A stretch of 19,664 nucleotides of DNA from Promethearchaeota archaeon. Its GTDB lineage: Archaea; Asgardarchaeota; Lokiarchaeia; Sigyniarchaeales; SOKP01. Positions 16,727 to 19,664 of this stretch are shown piece after piece (position 1 is the stretch's first letter; each line of letters opens with the position of its first letter). Both the position numbers and the translations under genes were made by a program. The notes beneath the pieces are model-generated. The model did no database searches. It was not told the DNA's origin and was given only the letters and a program-made list of their open reading frames with translations. Location: the NCBI GenBank assembly GCA_048938445.1, contig JBHLME010000083.1, forward strand, positions 1 through 19,664, read 5' to 3'.

Positions 16727-18433
16727 TTAAGAAATCATATTTGGAGGAGGTGTTTTAAGGCAAAATCCGCATTTTCCAAACGAAGCAATAGTTTGATCCC
16801 AACAATGTTTATGATACGCTCTTTCACAATAGGGACATTCAGTTTGACAAGAACTAGATCCACCAATCTTGTTATTGCAAGAAGGACATTCGATTTTGTG
16901 ACAAATTACACAAGACACTACAGATAGTTCAAAAATTTTCTTAGAAATTGTATCAAAAAGGTCAACAAGATATTTAAATGGAGTCCATTCGTCAAAAAAA
17001 CTCTTAAAGGATTCTTGTAAGTCGCCTTTTATTTTTTCATGAGATTCAATCTCAAATTCATTTATGACTTTTATCTCAGGTAATTTTAATGGATATTCTC
17101 TGGGTAAGTTTATTTCAAATTGAAAAGTCATATCCTGCGTTTGCATTTTACCCTTCATATCAATCCTGAGAGTTGATGTATTTGAGTTATACTTAATTTC
17201 TTTGTAATGGTCTTGAAGAAGACTTAATTCAAAATTAATTCTTGAATTCTTATCCACTAACCAAGAAATTTCTCTGATTATTTCTATTGGTTCTGATTCT
17301 TTTTCTTTCCAGTTTTTATAGCTATTAAGAGAATCGATTGGGATTTGTATGAGATTTCTTAATTCTTCAGACAAATTAAAAATAGGAGGTTTAGGAAAGG
17401 GCGATAAATCAATATTTAAGATATATTCCTTGAATCCATAAGTCAATAGATGAACTTTCAGTTGAGCAACGCTATTTGGAACCATATCGCATTGATATTC
17501 ACCTAAAATTTTTTTTACTTCTTGTTCTATGTCTTTAATAAAAAATAATTTTGTTTCAAGCTCATGTAAAATATCTACGATATGGGATGGTTTTTTAATA
17601 TTCCATTTCTTTAGTGTTATTAATTGTTGATAGGGATCTCCTAGAATTGTTTCGACATCATCAGGTAAAGTTAATATGGGTCTTTCAGGATAATCTGAGA
17701 AATTTATTCCTATAATAAATGTTTTTGTAATAGTAATTGTCATATAAATGTTTAATTCTGCTCTTTTTGGACCTCTTTGATCATATGCGTATGACTGCTG
17801 AATTAAACCTAATTCTGTTTTGACCAATAAGCTTGGTTCTTCAGATTCTGAGAATGATGTCTCTTGAAATGAATCTTCTGATTGAGAGATAGGTGTATCG
17901 GTTGAAGCGATATATGCATGTTGAGATTTGGAATCAGAACTTTCTGAAGTATCTGTAGTATCACTATAAACATTTGAGGGGGTAATATAATCTTCATTAC
18001 TAAAGTCTGAAGGGTAAGCGTTAAGATCTGGAGTTATATATTCTTCATTTGGATTAATTTTAATCTGGGTTGTAGGTTTAGATTCTACAATAGGTATTAA
18101 TTCTTCAATTATTATAGGCTCTTGAAGGGCTTCCTGAATTTTTGCTTTAAGTTCGTGCATGATATCTACAACACTTGAATCTGGAGTCCAATTTTTAACT
18201 TTTTCAAGATTGAAGTCACCTAGGAGATCTTTAATTTGATCATAGAATTTTAGTTGAGGAGGTGAATTTGGAAAATCATCATCAAATTTAATTTCTAATT
18301 CATATTTTACATCTGGAGTTTCGTAAACATATCCAAATAGATGAGCAATATTTCCAGAAACCATCCAAAATGAAAATTTAGATGCAATTTTCTGTGCTTC
18401 TCTAAGAATTCTTTGCCTGTCCATTAATTTCAC
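16727..18433 (-). CDS. Multi-UEV/RWD (E2-like fold) protein with a C-terminal C4HC3 RING-variant finger; putative ubiquitin E3 ligase
   Basis: 568 aa from GTG 18433 (alternative ATG 18424). Four repeats each carry [FY]P-x-x-[PL]P-like and W-x6-8-helix motifs. The C-terminus is C-x2-C...C-x2-C-x4-H-x2-C-x10-C-x2-C. Confidence 0.75.
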   Translation of the reverse strand: MKLMDRQRILREAQKIASKFSFWMVSGNIAHLFGYVYETPDVKYELEIKFDDDFPNSPPQLKFYDQIKDLLGDFNLEKVKNWTPDSSVVDIMHELKAKIQEALQEPIIIEELIPIVESKPTTQIKINPNEEYITPDLNAYPSDFSNEDYITPSNVYSDTTDTSESSDSKSQHAYIASTDTPISQSEDSFQETSFSESEEPSLLVKTELGLIQQSYAYDQRGPKRAELNIYMTITITKTFIIGINFSDYPERPILTLPDDVETILGDPYQQLITLKKWNIKKPSHIVDILHELETKLFFIKDIEQEVKKILGEYQCDMVPNSVAQLKVHLLTYGFKEYILNIDLSPFPKPPIFNLSEELRNLIQIPIDSLNSYKNWKEKESEPIEIIREISWLVDKNSRINFELSLLQDHYKEIKYNSNTSTLRIDMKGKMQTQDMTFQFEINLPREYPLKLPEIKVINEFEIESHEKIKGDLQESFKSFFDEWTPFKYLVDLFDTISKKIFELSVVSCVICHKIECPSCNNKIGGSSSCQTECPYCERAYHKHCWDQTIASFGKCGFCLKTPPPNMIS

Positions 18434-18453
18434 TTTATTAAAAAATTTTATTC

Positions 18454-18460
18454 TATATAA
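18454..18460 (-). promoter_or_regulatory. Candidate archaeal TATA box for the UEV-RING gene
   Basis: TTATATA on the minus strand begins 27 nt upstream of the GTG and 36 nt upstream of the ATG. No Shine-Dalgarno sequence is visible. This is weak evidence given the AT richness. Confidence 0.25.
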
Positions 18461-18542
18461 GAAGATTTAACTTCCATCTTAAAAATATTGTGTATAAACA
18501 GAACTAAATAGAAAATACCCTTCTATTAATGATTGAGAACAA

Positions 18543-19385
18543 TCAATTAACAATATTAAAAAATTTTATAAATAGAAGTTTAGCTTGCTCAAAGATACTT
18601 TCTGTTATAATTTTCTTTACTCCACTTTTAATTATTAAATATGAAATGATACATGAAGTTATTGATTTCATAATTTGAACAACTTTTACGTGAGAATTTC
18701 CATATTTTCTTAAGGAAATCGTAATAGGAACCTCTATAATTTTTAATTTATTATGCGCAGCTTTAAATAATGTTTCAGTACATAATCCAAACTTAGTATA
18801 TACCATTTCATGGAGTATCTTAATACTTCTTTTACTAAAAGCCCTAAAACCGCTCTGATTATTAGCTATTTTTTGATGAAATAATAGCCATAAACATATC
18901 TTTACAAAATACTCCCCCGTACGAGTGTATAGAGGTACCTTATAACTACTTCTACCCAAATATCTTGATCCTATGACGATATCTGCTTTCCTTTGGATAA
19001 TTGGTTCTATTAACACAGGTATCTCATTGGGATCATGTTGCCCATCAGAATCCATAGTAATTATTAAATCACCTGTAGCATATTCTAATCCTGTTAGAAT
19101 TGAAGCACCATAACCTCTATTTTCTTCATGAGAGATTACTATTATCTCTCTTTCTATATCTTGTAATATTCTAAAAGTATTATCAGTAGATCCATCGTTT
19201 ACAACAATTATTTCATATTGATTATGATCTGGAATATTATTTATTACTTCCTTTATGGAACGTTCTTCATTGTAAACAGGAATAACAATTGATAATGTAT
19301 AAGAATAATCAAATAAAAACTCGTTATTTGCTTTTACATTGTTAAATCTATAACTTAATTTATTTTGATTGATTTTGTAATTCAT
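18543..19385 (-). CDS. GT2 polyprenol/dolichol-phosphate hexosyltransferase (DPM1-like)
   Basis: 280 aa. Motifs: LSIVIPVYNEE, VVNDGSTDNT, NRGYGA, TMDSDGQHDP, ADIVIGSRY, QSGFRAF and IIEVPI. Confidence 0.9.
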   Translation of the reverse strand: MNYKINQNKLSYRFNNVKANNEFLFDYSYTLSIVIPVYNEERSIKEVINNIPDHNQYEIIVVNDGSTDNTFRILQDIEREIIVISHEENRGYGASILTGLEYATGDLIITMDSDGQHDPNEIPVLIEPIIQRKADIVIGSRYLGRSSYKVPLYTRTGEYFVKICLWLLFHQKIANNQSGFRAFSKRSIKILHEMVYTKFGLCTETLFKAAHNKLKIIEVPITISLRKYGNSHVKVVQIMKSITSCIISYLIIKSGVKKIITESIFEQAKLLFIKFFNIVN

Positions 19386-19664
19386 ATTTTTTATAAAATT
19401 TGATTGTTATATAAAAATCTGATATATTTCCTTTTTTTCAAAAGTTTTAATATTATTTTTTTGATTAAGGTACTATTTGACTATATTTTTAAATATATCA
19501 TATTCTAATAAAAAATATTTAAAAATTTAATAAAACGCTTTTATTAATATGTTAACTTTGTGTAATTAATCATTAAATTATTTGAATAAATTCATTAAAA
19601 TATGATAAATATCAAATTTTAAGTTTGGAAACAAATGTTGAGGGAACTTATTAAAAAATCAATT

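Noticed and set aside
17809-17997. 62-aa alternative-frame ORF within the linker of the UEV-RING gene
   Set aside because: It is short and nested with no motifs. Low-complexity linker composition readily yields open alternative frames.
16727-18433. Naming the gene FANCL, LTN1 or an active E2
   Set aside because: Only architectural and motif resemblance is visible, and orthology needs profile searches and phylogeny. There is no catalytic Cys/HPN, and it lacks the long HEAT region of Ltn1.
19386-19664. AT-rich terminal and intergenic regions as possible origin, ncRNA, CRISPR or IS ends
   Set aside because: No regular repeats, GC-rich stems, tRNA-like structure or terminal inverted repeats are visible. 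TATA-like words are too common at this AT content to call.

Overview
This is a very AT-rich prokaryotic window that is almost entirely a surface-glycan biosynthesis and modification cluster. It holds a VioA/DegT-type sugar aminotransferase, a sulfatase-like alkaline-phosphatase-superfamily enzyme, an ATP-grasp/HAD fusion, three GT2 and two GT4 glycosyltransferases, a SAM methyltransferase, an NDP-sugar epimerase, and four polytopic membrane acyltransferases arranged as two tandem paralog pairs. The stand-out gene is 16727..18433 (-), which sits between two GT2 genes. It encodes a 568-aa protein with four repeated E2/UEV/RWD-like folds lacking the catalytic HPN/Cys, an acidic Ser/Thr-rich linker, and a C-terminal C4HC3 RING-variant finger. 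This architecture resembles the eukaryotic E3 ligases FANCL and Ltn1/listerin. Together with the low GC and dense intron-free genes, it suggests an Asgard archaeon (Lokiarchaeia-like), which is an inference. I saw no RNA genes, CRISPR arrays or mobile elements. All family calls come from motif recognition by eye, not database searches.
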